Shown here piece by piece: positions 18,601 through 27,900 of a stretch of DNA of 64,000 nucleotides (position 1 is its first letter; each line of letters opens with the position of its first letter). A program made the translations under genes and the position numbers. The DNA is from a virus. The notes beneath the pieces were generated by a model that saw nothing but the letters and a program-made list of their open reading frames with translations, did no database searches and was not told the origin of the DNA. Location of the stretch: positions 10,180-74,179 of the IMG/VR virus record IMGVR_UViG_3300022221_000006; one strand, given 5' to 3'.

Positions 18601-21600
18601 ACACCTATGGCAAAGATGAAAGGGATCATGGGTAAACTATATACCGTTGTCTCGGGTAAAGGGGGAGTTCTTTCCCAGTTGGTCTTCGGTAGACTAGGAC
18701 CAACAGCTGGTATCGCAATGGTCTTAGGTGTCTTGGATATATTAGGAGCCTTTGATACATTATTTGAAGACTCCCCTTTGTTCCACTTAGCAGCACAGGG
18801 CGGTATCGTGGCTCTCATGTTAGGAGGTAATGGAGCAATCCAGTATGCGAAAAACTTTGCGATTGATAAAATCTTATCACCTATAGGTGACGCACTTCGT
18901 AGAGGGGCGATCAATATGGGGTTTGGTCAAATCCTTGCGAATGCGATGGTTACAGGCCAGGAAGGGTTTGTTGCCTCTACTCTTGCCTTTGTGACATCAG
19001 CGATTCAATCAGTAGGTTCCCGAATTGTAAGTTTTGTAGCACCTCTCGCTAGTAAAACATACGACTATTTACAGATACTGCTGTTAGGTCCTGATCCTGC
19101 TGCGACTATCGCAAAAATGAAATTATACCTTATCGCAGCAATGGATTCAGGGAAAGCACTCTTGAGTGGGATTGGTGCCTTCTTATCGCCTCTATTAGCT
19201 AGTATGGGTTCTTTCTTTAAAGGATTAGGAGCACAAGTCTCTGGTTTGTTTTCCCAAGTGCAGACCGCCAGTGTGAGAGCAGCTTCCACAGCAACAAGTG
19301 TCGGTGGTCGTAACGGAATCTTTGGGAGAGTGATCTTCGGAGCTGCCGGTAGAACAGGTCTTGTCCTGGCCATCATTGCACTCTTGACACTTTTCAGCTC
19401 TTCAGCAAGTGCTGCTGATAAAGAAATTACAAACTTAGCAGGCAATAACCGTATTGGTCAGGCAGCTTCCTCCTTGAAGCAAGATTGGGAAGATATCCGC
19501 GACAACAATCCTCTGGCAGCTGCAGGTATTACAGCTCTAGGTGTGTTTACCACACTAGGTGTCTTCCTCGCGTATAAATTTAGACGTGATGTACTGACCT
19601 CTATGTTGAGTGCTTTTAACCCTAAAATTGCTTACAACTTCGGCTTTTCAAGTCTTAAAACAATCGCTAAAATCAAGTCGGCGATGCTGTCCTTGGGCCG
19701 TGTTATTGCAACATCTTTTGTTGCTTTTGAAGCAGGTTCTGCTATAGGTGAAGCTTTTGGAGGAGAAGAAGGAAGTATGATTGGGGGTACCATAGGTGTC
19801 CTCATCGCTGAAGGCCTGATACGAGCCTTTGGAGGCACTTTCAAGAAGATCTTTTCATGGCGGTTAATATGGCCGATTATCACAGGAGCTTTTGCATTTA
19901 TAGGTAAAGCACTGATAGGTCTTATCTTCTCTAAAATCGCAGCTGTTGTTTCTATTGTAGGTATTTTGGGTCTGCTCCTATTCGGAAAGAAAGGAGAGTT
20001 CTGGAATGATATTGGAAAGGCAATTCAATGGGTCAAAGAATTAATAGGGCTCAGTACAGAGGCTTCTAGAATAGATTCAAAGTCAGGGATTTCAAATGAA
20101 GCTCTTGGATTTGCAAACCTCAATCAGATAGATGTCGCTCATTCTTTAGAAGGTATCGACTTTGATAAGATAAGTGACCGTCAGACTGAACGACTGGAAG
20201 CAAAGCTTAATGAGGTGAATGATGCAATTCTAGAAGCACAAGAGGAAGCTTCATTTACAAAGGATGGTAAGATTGTTGAAGATACAAAGAAATCTCTTGA
20301 GATACTCCTAAAGGGTACAAAGAACTATGTCGACAAACTAACAAGCCAGAGCCTTCCTAGCTATGATGAAATAGGTGCTGCCTTAGACTCTTTTAAGTTT
20401 ACAAAGGAAGCAACCCTCTTCGATTCCATCCTCTTAAATTATCGCCAGGGAGCCTTAGATGTTCTCTATGGCTTAAAAGATGTCGCTATTTCTCTGAAGG
20501 GATTACCTGATGATATAGAGAAGCGTGAACGAGCAATTCTTGCAGACTCAAAGCTCACCAAGTTCAACGCTCGATTCGTTGATGATGATCCAATTCTGAA
20601 TAGCATTATCAAGGCTCAGAAAGATTTCGGTGAACCAGGTAAAGATGCAAACATCACATCTGAAGAAGAACAGAAGTTAGTCGATCTCACAGCAGCATAT
20701 ATACGTAATTTGAAGATTGCTTCAGAAGAACGCATAGGACTGTTTGGGAACCGACAGGCATTCAATGTCGAGGCAGATAGTTATAAACAGATGGCCGAAA
20801 GCGCTGCTGTTTTAAACTCAGAATTCGCGAAGTTAAAGCGTCTCTCAGATCGCCGCAATGAAGTAGAAGCCTTCAATAAAGATATCAAGCAGATCAGCAA
20901 TAATCTCTCACTTATTGGGATTAATATAAAGACCTCTGAACTATTTGCCGAGGACTCTGATGCTCTAGACCGTGTACGTATATTAGGGCAGACCGCTCGA
21001 GATGTGACAGAGAATCTAAAGAATCTTGCAAGTGTTGAAGAGATGAGAGAATACCTTATCACACTTTCTAGTGTAAAGAAAGAGCTAGGGGAAATCAAAG
21101 AGCGAGCTGAGAATGCAGGTAAGTCAATGCAGACCATTGCTTTACAAAGTCTTGAGGGTCTAGGCGATAGTCTTTTCTCAGAGGAAACTGTTAGACGTCT
21201 TCCTGAAACACTTTCAAAGGCTATTACCGAGCTATCGCGTGAGTATAAGGATAACAGTGGATTTCTAGATCTTGAGTTCAGACCGGATGCCGTGAGTACT
21301 GCTAAGTTCAGACGAGACACTGAGCTGAAGATGCTCAATCTGAAGAAGTCTATACATGAAATAATGTTAGACCCTTCAAATATAGGTGGTGCCAAAGAGC
21401 TTGCCGAAGGTTTGGGTCTTGACTTTGATTCGTTACTCAAGCACAAAGGTATTCCAGGCATTGTAGACGCTTTGTCAGACGTCCTTGCTCTGCAACACGA
21501 TATCGATCTTTCAAAACTATTAGGTGATGGTGAAAAATATCGAGACGCCTCTCTAGCTCTGAAGAAATATATGGAGCTACTGACTAAGGCTCCTCAGACA

Positions 21601-23400
21601 TTAGATACACTCTTGAGCGATTTTAGCACATTGGGTGGTGATCTTAGTGTGGGTGACTTTGTGACTCTAGACTCTAGTACATTGTCTAGGATGCGTGAAC
21701 TCTCTACAGGTCTCCATGAACTCAATTATGAACTGGCTGAAATGGGTGAGAATTTTACTTCTGAAGAACTCAAACAGAAAATGGAAGATCGTCTAAACTT
21801 AATGGCAGAAGCTTCGAAGTTAAATCTTGAAAACCTGTATACAACACCTCAGCGTATTTTAGATGGTCTAGGTCGCGCAGGTATCTCAGATGAGAAGCTT
21901 GTAGCGCTTCTTCCAGAAGGTACATTCCGGGAGTTTCTTGCATTAGATACAACTATTGAGGACCTACGAGCTAAACTCCAAGACCCTCGCAATGCTGACA
22001 GTTTTGAAACTATTGCAAAGCAACTACGAGATGCACTTCTGACTGTTGACTCTCTTGAAAATAGACTTAAGCATGCGAATTTAAGTATCGCTGATGAGAG
22101 AGATACTGTCAATAGTCTCACAAGGTCTGAAACAATTGGAAAGATTACAGAAGTCTTTCCTCAAATGCAAGGCTTTACAGACTCTCTAAATCAATTACCT
22201 CTTACAGATCTTCGAAATCTATTAACATCCTCGCTAGACTTTAAACAAAAGTTCAGTGATGCTGACTTCGGTGTTGATGAGTTGTCAGCAGAGCAAGAGA
22301 AACAAATACGAGATGCCTTTGTCAAGGCGTTTGCGGTGTCACAAGAGGCTTCGAATTTTGGTCTTACTGCAAAGAGCCTACTGCTAGATTCAGGAGTGGA
22401 TTTCAAGGAATCAGCTTACAATCTTGTCACCGAGACTGCTGATAAGCAAATTCAACAATTAGCCACCGAACTACGTGATGCAAAAGCTCAACTGAGTGCA
22501 GGTGGTAACGCAGCTACTAGAATTGCTGCGCAACAGTTGGTAAATCAAAAGAGTCGTGAACTTAGTGACGCTCTTGAAGCAGCTACCTACGATGTCAAAG
22601 AAGAAGCTTATAAGGCAGGTGGAACGTATTTCGGAAATATAAAGAGTGGATTTCAGTCAGCCTTTACAGATGGACTTAAAGGAACAAAATCGGAAGAAGC
22701 CTCAACGTGGGTAACATTCCGTGACTCTATTCTTGACATGTTTACCTCTAATGTAATAGAGACATTCTCTGGCGGCTTTTCTGACTCCATGTTCGCCCCT
22801 ATAAAAGATTCAATCATGTCAGCAGGTGCTGAACTGTTCTCAGCTGGAAGTGCAGAAGGTGAAGGTCTTACAGATACATTTGCTGATGGAATGGGTGCTG
22901 TATTTTCAAGTATGAAGACAACATTGGCGGATGGGGCATCCAGTATCTATGACTATCTGTCTGAGATCGATTGGAGTCAAGTATGGTCAACAGTGACAAG
23001 CTTCTTTGGCTTCTCAGGTGGTGGTAGTATTCTCACCGCTGCTACAGGTGGTCGATTGGTAGGCCCTGGTACTGGCACTTCTGATTCAATGCTGGCAAGA
23101 GTGTCAAATGGTGAATATATCATTAACGCTGCAGCAACACGTCGCAATCTTGACTTGTTAGAGGCAATTAACAGTGGATCTGTTAGCAGTTATGCTACAG
23201 GAGGTCTTGTAGGACCAAATCCAACGATGACTGATAATGCTAGAAAGTCGTCAGTCAATATTAATAGTAAATCGAAGACATCACAAGTCTTTAATCTTAA
23301 TGTAACAGGGGATATCTCAAGACAGACCCGTAGTGAGATTGTACAAATGATTCCCCAAATCGCGCAGGGTGTTGGCGCATATAACAATGAATTCGGATAA
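15679..23400 (+). CDS. Tape measure protein (2573 aa)
   Basis: AAIVQLGQGLA.GALRGQEL.SVMEQLP tape-measure domain, hydrophobic middle, C-terminal ATGG...GPGTGTSDS.LARVSNGEYIINA motif. Confidence 0.92.
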   Translation: MSGVIVDVDARTEKAERDLQQINKSLRGIETSASNAGKTISRAFVGIGAALTAHFSVSQVSGISTEFTNLSNQIAVVTGRTRELNKVQSELFNIAENTRASISNTVSTFGSLGRSLRGVESSNTKILTVTKAIQQATALSGASSESAKAAIVQLGQGLAAGALRGQELMSVMEQLPRAAIAIADGLEVPLGALRKLGESGKLTSEQVFNALLQQSEKIGQEFKSLAPTVQQSKNLLTDSLKIYISELDRGMGLSDRMGSSLQGWSKKIREASKGAYDLGNRIAYNLTIFKREIKQFVGPFANIGIAIAKQFKKALPKAFLTLTFEAMYRDVIRDLDKFTGGYISAWKRFKFIDIIKIESDVEIAIRTLKRLHPKYWAAGGFDVLSLKHFFSAENLNLYLRALQSLADAIESNIRSAASVFKSLAINIRFGTEAMLRFVGIIPESLVMFRVGHLKPFLKTVIEIARAITGTSLEFYRVGRLISEGLFPDIISVFRAMGDIMQQLFGRITSSSRLAKAIGYIKTFADSVMRLFEKVYMSVVGGSTWTDTMKGIYEKARSFLGKTRKALASFGEFVMTQFKKLADKNLWSKVGIAIHTAIFSIIPVAAWIIRSVIDIVTTSIVASLGMIGYLWAKTFNSLAEVAPKSIAKMIRRVRDFGLELTVLFAGVVIAVGRLLKALLWVVAALGKLFVMGAVFSFHALIYEISRLTEYLRGDAVHDIIDFGKKVIDVFAEIYDKVIGNSYWTDLIENIVNTSNSLWDSVKGGFFKFYNNIVSLFKSLNKRASLPTFEFKSSVSIPFIEDKSLLTRMKDRILEMYADVAERFPTMITGAVLAVAGIAVSLLFPAGEIKKALLSGIFLALIKAGTLIASALGKGVLDVNFVTSLARSAGNAVGNFIGGILRDLPATFDLLLGAAINFIRGVFEAVLTQIPILGTAIKGIFGILDATGTSGVAGVIGTLFLGKYIANVLGFFGLFTTPMAKMKGIMGKLYTVVSGKGGVLSQLVFGRLGPTAGIAMVLGVLDILGAFDTLFEDSPLFHLAAQGGIVALMLGGNGAIQYAKNFAIDKILSPIGDALRRGAINMGFGQILANAMVTGQEGFVASTLAFVTSAIQSVGSRIVSFVAPLASKTYDYLQILLLGPDPAATIAKMKLYLIAAMDSGKALLSGIGAFLSPLLASMGSFFKGLGAQVSGLFSQVQTASVRAASTATSVGGRNGIFGRVIFGAAGRTGLVLAIIALLTLFSSSASAADKEITNLAGNNRIGQAASSLKQDWEDIRDNNPLAAAGITALGVFTTLGVFLAYKFRRDVLTSMLSAFNPKIAYNFGFSSLKTIAKIKSAMLSLGRVIATSFVAFEAGSAIGEAFGGEEGSMIGGTIGVLIAEGLIRAFGGTFKKIFSWRLIWPIITGAFAFIGKALIGLIFSKIAAVVSIVGILGLLLFGKKGEFWNDIGKAIQWVKELIGLSTEASRIDSKSGISNEALGFANLNQIDVAHSLEGIDFDKISDRQTERLEAKLNEVNDAILEAQEEASFTKDGKIVEDTKKSLEILLKGTKNYVDKLTSQSLPSYDEIGAALDSFKFTKEATLFDSILLNYRQGALDVLYGLKDVAISLKGLPDDIEKRERAILADSKLTKFNARFVDDDPILNSIIKAQKDFGEPGKDANITSEEEQKLVDLTAAYIRNLKIASEERIGLFGNRQAFNVEADSYKQMAESAAVLNSEFAKLKRLSDRRNEVEAFNKDIKQISNNLSLIGINIKTSELFAEDSDALDRVRILGQTARDVTENLKNLASVEEMREYLITLSSVKKELGEIKERAENAGKSMQTIALQSLEGLGDSLFSEETVRRLPETLSKAITELSREYKDNSGFLDLEFRPDAVSTAKFRRDTELKMLNLKKSIHEIMLDPSNIGGAKELAEGLGLDFDSLLKHKGIPGIVDALSDVLALQHDIDLSKLLGDGEKYRDASLALKKYMELLTKAPQTLDTLLSDFSTLGGDLSVGDFVTLDSSTLSRMRELSTGLHELNYELAEMGENFTSEELKQKMEDRLNLMAEASKLNLENLYTTPQRILDGLGRAGISDEKLVALLPEGTFREFLALDTTIEDLRAKLQDPRNADSFETIAKQLRDALLTVDSLENRLKHANLSIADERDTVNSLTRSETIGKITEVFPQMQGFTDSLNQLPLTDLRNLLTSSLDFKQKFSDADFGVDELSAEQEKQIRDAFVKAFAVSQEASNFGLTAKSLLLDSGVDFKESAYNLVTETADKQIQQLATELRDAKAQLSAGGNAATRIAAQQLVNQKSRELSDALEAATYDVKEEAYKAGGTYFGNIKSGFQSAFTDGLKGTKSEEASTWVTFRDSILDMFTSNVIETFSGGFSDSMFAPIKDSIMSAGAELFSAGSAEGEGLTDTFADGMGAVFSSMKTTLADGASSIYDYLSEIDWSQVWSTVTSFFGFSGGGSILTAATGGRLVGPGTGTSDSMLARVSNGEYIINAAATRRNLDLLEAINSGSVSSYATGGLVGPNPTMTDNARKSSVNINSKSKTSQVFNLNVTGDISRQTRSEIVQMIPQIAQGVGAYNNEFG

Positions 23401-23412
23401 TAGAGGATTATT

Positions 23413-24129
23413 ATGTTTGGTATTTTAAATGTAACTGATAACACGAGTGACACAGGAGACGACAGTCTTTTGAATGCTGTTTTTACAGCGCCTGTGTCAA
23501 TTAGATCACATCGTATAAGGTCTTCATCTGACACGCTAAGCCTAAAGGTACGGCGCGCAGAGGGAACAGCTCAGAGATGGGAGTTCCAGACAGGTGCTCA
23601 CATTATAAATAGCACAGGTCACCATCTCTTCACACAGCGACTCATCCAGGGGATTTCTAATTCTGTTTACATCAGACCTCCTTTGCCCTTGAAAAAAGAG
23701 AGTCACACAGTAGGCCTCCTTCGAAAAAGCTCAGAAGTAGTTCCTTCAGAAGTCTCTCCTACAGATTCATCAGAGTATGCCTTTTCTGAGGGAACTGCGA
23801 AGACAAACGCTGCCTACTCTGCTGCGGCTTCTACTTTTGCGGTGACCTTGGATATTTCCTCAAAGATCTTTGAATCTGATTTTATTCGGTTCGCAGGGCA
23901 TGATAAGCTGTATCTGATCCATAATTTAGCTGTTAATAAAGACACGCATGTGGTTACCTTTGCAACAATCCCAGGGCTTGTAGCTCCAGTGGCAAATGCG
24001 GAGACAGTCTATCTAGGTAAGAATGCTACAGCAAAGTGTATACTAGATATGGATGCAGCTTCAGGAATGACTTATGGAGATGGTATTCTTGAAGACCTTG
24101 GTAACATAATCCTGGTGGAAGATCTATGA
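23413..24129 (+). CDS. Distal tail protein (putative)
   Basis: First gene after the TMP; DFIRFAGHDKLY motif, ends LVEDL. Confidence 0.6.
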   Translation: MFGILNVTDNTSDTGDDSLLNAVFTAPVSIRSHRIRSSSDTLSLKVRRAEGTAQRWEFQTGAHIINSTGHHLFTQRLIQGISNSVYIRPPLPLKKESHTVGLLRKSSEVVPSEVSPTDSSEYAFSEGTAKTNAAYSAAASTFAVTLDISSKIFESDFIRFAGHDKLYLIHNLAVNKDTHVVTFATIPGLVAPVANAETVYLGKNATAKCILDMDAASGMTYGDGILEDLGNIILVEDL

Positions 24130-24974
24130 AAACTATATCAGATGCAATGCGTGATCTCTTACAACGAGAAGCTACTGAGTCATTTCTTCTTGTTGAGATT
24201 GGTCCAAATCTAGCCTCTCAGTATTTCAGGTACGTAACACTTCCCTACGACTTTACTCATGAAACTAATGTATATTCAGCAAACCATAATATTGTTTCAA
24301 TGGATGCACCTCGGCTTTCTAACTCTGTCGATAAATCTACCTTCAAAATAACGCTAAGCGACTCCAACTTTGCAATGCGTCCTTATTTTGACGCCGGTGC
24401 TCAGGGTCAACTTTCTGGAATCCCTATCACAGTAAAGGGAGGTTTTGTCAATAATACAGGTCAAATCGAGTATGGAACACCTCCAGGCTTTCCCTATGAT
24501 GAGTTTTTCATAATATATAGCGGTGATCTTAATGGTGCGAACTACGCAATTACTCTTGAAGAAGAAGTTATGCTTGTCATTGAAGGTGCATCTCCGATGG
24601 CTGCTCTCGATATGTCACGCTCAATGATGATCTCGAAAAGCTATATGTCAAAGAAATTCAACGGTGACACCTCTTATGATGAGATATATGAAGGTTCTGA
24701 CTCTATTAGTCTTGCTTGGGGGATGACTCCAAACAATTCTGTAAAGAAGGCAAGACAAGCATCCATGAACGGTGGCACTCTTAAGAAGCTTGTCAAGGTA
24801 CGTGATGGCCGTGATGGCCGTGGAGATGGTCGTAGTAGTTATTATAGTCCTAACACAGGTGGCCATAGTAGTGGTAGTCCAGGCCACGGAAGTGGAGGAG
24901 GCGGCAGCGACCGAGGCGGTTCCACTGCAGGTGGTGGTGGTGGTGAAACAGGTGATATGGGGAGTTCTTTCTAA
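24126..24974 (+). CDS. Tail tip/hub protein with Gly/Ser-rich C-terminal extension
   Basis: Position; core ends ...ISLAWG, then a low-complexity tail. Confidence 0.6.
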   Translation: MKTISDAMRDLLQREATESFLLVEIGPNLASQYFRYVTLPYDFTHETNVYSANHNIVSMDAPRLSNSVDKSTFKITLSDSNFAMRPYFDAGAQGQLSGIPITVKGGFVNNTGQIEYGTPPGFPYDEFFIIYSGDLNGANYAITLEEEVMLVIEGASPMAALDMSRSMMISKSYMSKKFNGDTSYDEIYEGSDSISLAWGMTPNNSVKKARQASMNGGTLKKLVKVRDGRDGRGDGRSSYYSPNTGGHSSGSPGHGSGGGGSDRGGSTAGGGGGETGDMGSSF

Positions 24975-27900
24975 TGAGTGTAATAGCAGCAGTAGTTGGG
25001 TTAAGCGCTTATATCGGAGGTGCCACAATTCTCACCGCCGTAATGTTAGGCGCTTCTATAAAGTACCAACAGTACAAACAACAAAAAGCCTTGGACGCTA
25101 TGGAGGCAGCAGCTGATGAAGCAAAAGGTTTTGAGGTTGTAACTGAGGGGGAAATTGATAGCGTCAAACTTGTATACGGTCGTGCAAAGATAGGTGGAAC
25201 GAGAGTCTTGCATAGATTAAAGAGTAATTATGTCTATGCCGCCCCTGCTTTAGGTGGCGAAGTATTTGTCACGGAAGGTGATACTAGACTGGCAAGCTCT
25301 GTAGATAGTGTCCCTGTTCTAGGTACCATTAAGGTTATTTCAAACACAACTAGCTTCAACGGTGCTGTCGATGGTACTTGGGATAGCGACAACGAGACAA
25401 TCACACAGCTAACTGTCTCAAGTGAAATCAGCAGATCATCTCCAACCGGTCCTTTTACAGTGACCACTGAGGTTGGTAAAGCAGCTATCTTCGGTAGTGC
25501 ATACGTCGCGGTCAAGATAGGGCATACACCTTTCGATACCTACGGTGATTGGTCTGTTGAAGAAGGCAATGCTGAAGAGCCTATTGCGACTGTATTTAAT
25601 TACAGAGTGGACTCGTATAATAACACGACAGGTCTCTTAACACTAAAATTTCATTCCGCTACAAATCCTGAGTATCTATCAGGTACTAGAACCGCATCTC
25701 TTTCTGCAAACAAGAATGGTAGTAAGAATGAATTTCTCTTTATAAATCAGGTAATCTGTCATAAAGGTATCTCAGCCGTCCATTCTATTGATATAGACGG
25801 TCGTGACTTTAGACATCCTGATTTCGGAGCTTCAGGGCGTATCCATGTGTATCGTGATGGTGGTATAGGTGATCCTATGCTGAATGCAAACATTACGGGA
25901 CAAGCTGCCTCGTTGTTTCCTGAGACAGCGTATGCTTCGATGGTATTTAAACTAAATCGAGACGAACCACAGTACAGAGGAATCCCCGAGGTTGTCTTCT
26001 ACGTTGATGGTTTCGAGTTAAGTCGCATTGATGAATCATTAGGAGTTTACACAAAGAGCTCTACAAAATATAGTTCAAATAACCCTGTATATGTGCTACT
26101 TGACTATCTAACAGCTGAGTACGGTCGCAACTTAGATATTTCAAAAATTGACCTGGCTTCTTTTCATGCAGCAGCTCAGTTGTGTGAGAAGCAAGTCGAT
26201 GCAGGATCTCTCGAAGATATCGATATCAATGGTGCATTATGGAATGAGAAAGTAAAGACTACAGGCACTCGTAATATTAAGCTATATGAATGTAATTTAG
26301 TACTTGATACAGCTGACGACTTTCGAAGCAATGTCAACAAGATTCTAGGAAGCATTCCTGAAGCTCACTTCATGTGGTCTGATGGTACCTATAAAATCAG
26401 CTTGAAATATCCAGAGGTTTGGAGCGCTGGGACTTGGCCTGCCGGTTCCATAGTTCAGTATGAGACTGGTGGTGTTATTGACTTATACCGCTCTACTGTA
26501 TCAACAATCGAAGTTCCCGGAGCTGGAGTAGAGTGGGAGACAGGGCCTGACCCTCAACTTGTATCAGCCTATCTCACAGATGATGATATAATTCTTGAGA
26601 ATGAGATAACAATGTCTTGGCCTGATCTTTCAAGTCGTCTCAACTACTGTACAATTACCTTTGTGAATGAATCTAAGGACTTTGAAAAGGATACCGTAAG
26701 TTGGCCTAATCGCTATGGACCTGGTCTTACTACAGTCTACGACACGTATCTCGCAGAAGACAACGGTATTGAATTAGAGACTTCTAAGAGTCCACATGGG
26801 ATAACTACTGAGTACCACGCGACAGCTTATGCTGAGATGATTGTCCGTAAATCCAGACATGCGCATGTTCTAGGGATGACTGTTACGAATGAATTCATGT
26901 ACTTAGAACCAGGAGATGTAATCCATCTCAACAGTACAGAGCTTAAGGTTCCTTCAGAGATATACCTTATCGATTCTCTAAAAGTCTCTGCACAAGGAAA
27001 TATCGATATTCAATTGACAAAGTTCGATGCTCGCATTCTTGCCTGGAATGCTAAAGATATGGAAGTTGTCTCTAAGCGTTCTATCTATTCAGGTGATCTA
27101 CCACAGGTGACGGGTCTTGCATACACTCCTCCTGCTCCTGGAAAGGCTACGTTGACAGGCGGAAACCTTACATGGGATCCTTCTACATATAAAACAGCTC
27201 TTAAATATAATGCGTATATTGCAGGTGGTCCGGCTGATATCCAAGACTTTAATACGGTTTGGGAATTTCTAGGTTCTTCTACTTCGAACAGTCTCACAAT
27301 GCCTCCCTTTACGCCAGGTCGTTATACATTGACTGTTGTCGCTGAGGCTCTTAGCGGTAAGGTTCCTCCGGTGTACAATCTCACAACCGGTTCTCGATGG
27401 CCTTTACTTACCGTGGATATTGCTGATAGCTTACTAGGCGGTAATCAGTTTGCACTGACACTTTATAAATACTCCACAACAGATCTTACAGGAACTTCTG
27501 TAGAAGGTGGATCCTTTGATTTCACAAATCATGTGACAACACCACCAGTAGGGTATTATGTATCCGAGGGTGTTGCACGTGAAAACGCAACTGATCCTTT
27601 ACAGCCGGGCGATCTATATGTATCTACGGCTGTAGCTTCTGTAAACCACCCTGCTACAATCGATATAAGTCTAGCCTGGACAGCCTTGGAACTCTTCGAT
27701 CCAAAGACCACTCAGAAGACCATTAAGTTCTATGCACGAGTTCCTGCTGCTGAACCAAATCCTTCAGCTCCTTCAGGCGGCTCCTATTTATTTCCAGAAG
27801 GCCCTGTCACACCTCCCTCCTCTGCACTTGCATCAGGTAGTTACACAGGTAAGAGTTTTTCAGTGGCGACTCAGATCAATGGTTCACCTACCGATCTTGC

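Noticed and set aside
17979-21461. Long minus-strand ORFs (311 aa, 226 aa) and other antisense ORFs
   Set aside because: Antisense shadows of the TMP and other real genes; no recognisable domains, and the window is uniformly + strand coded.
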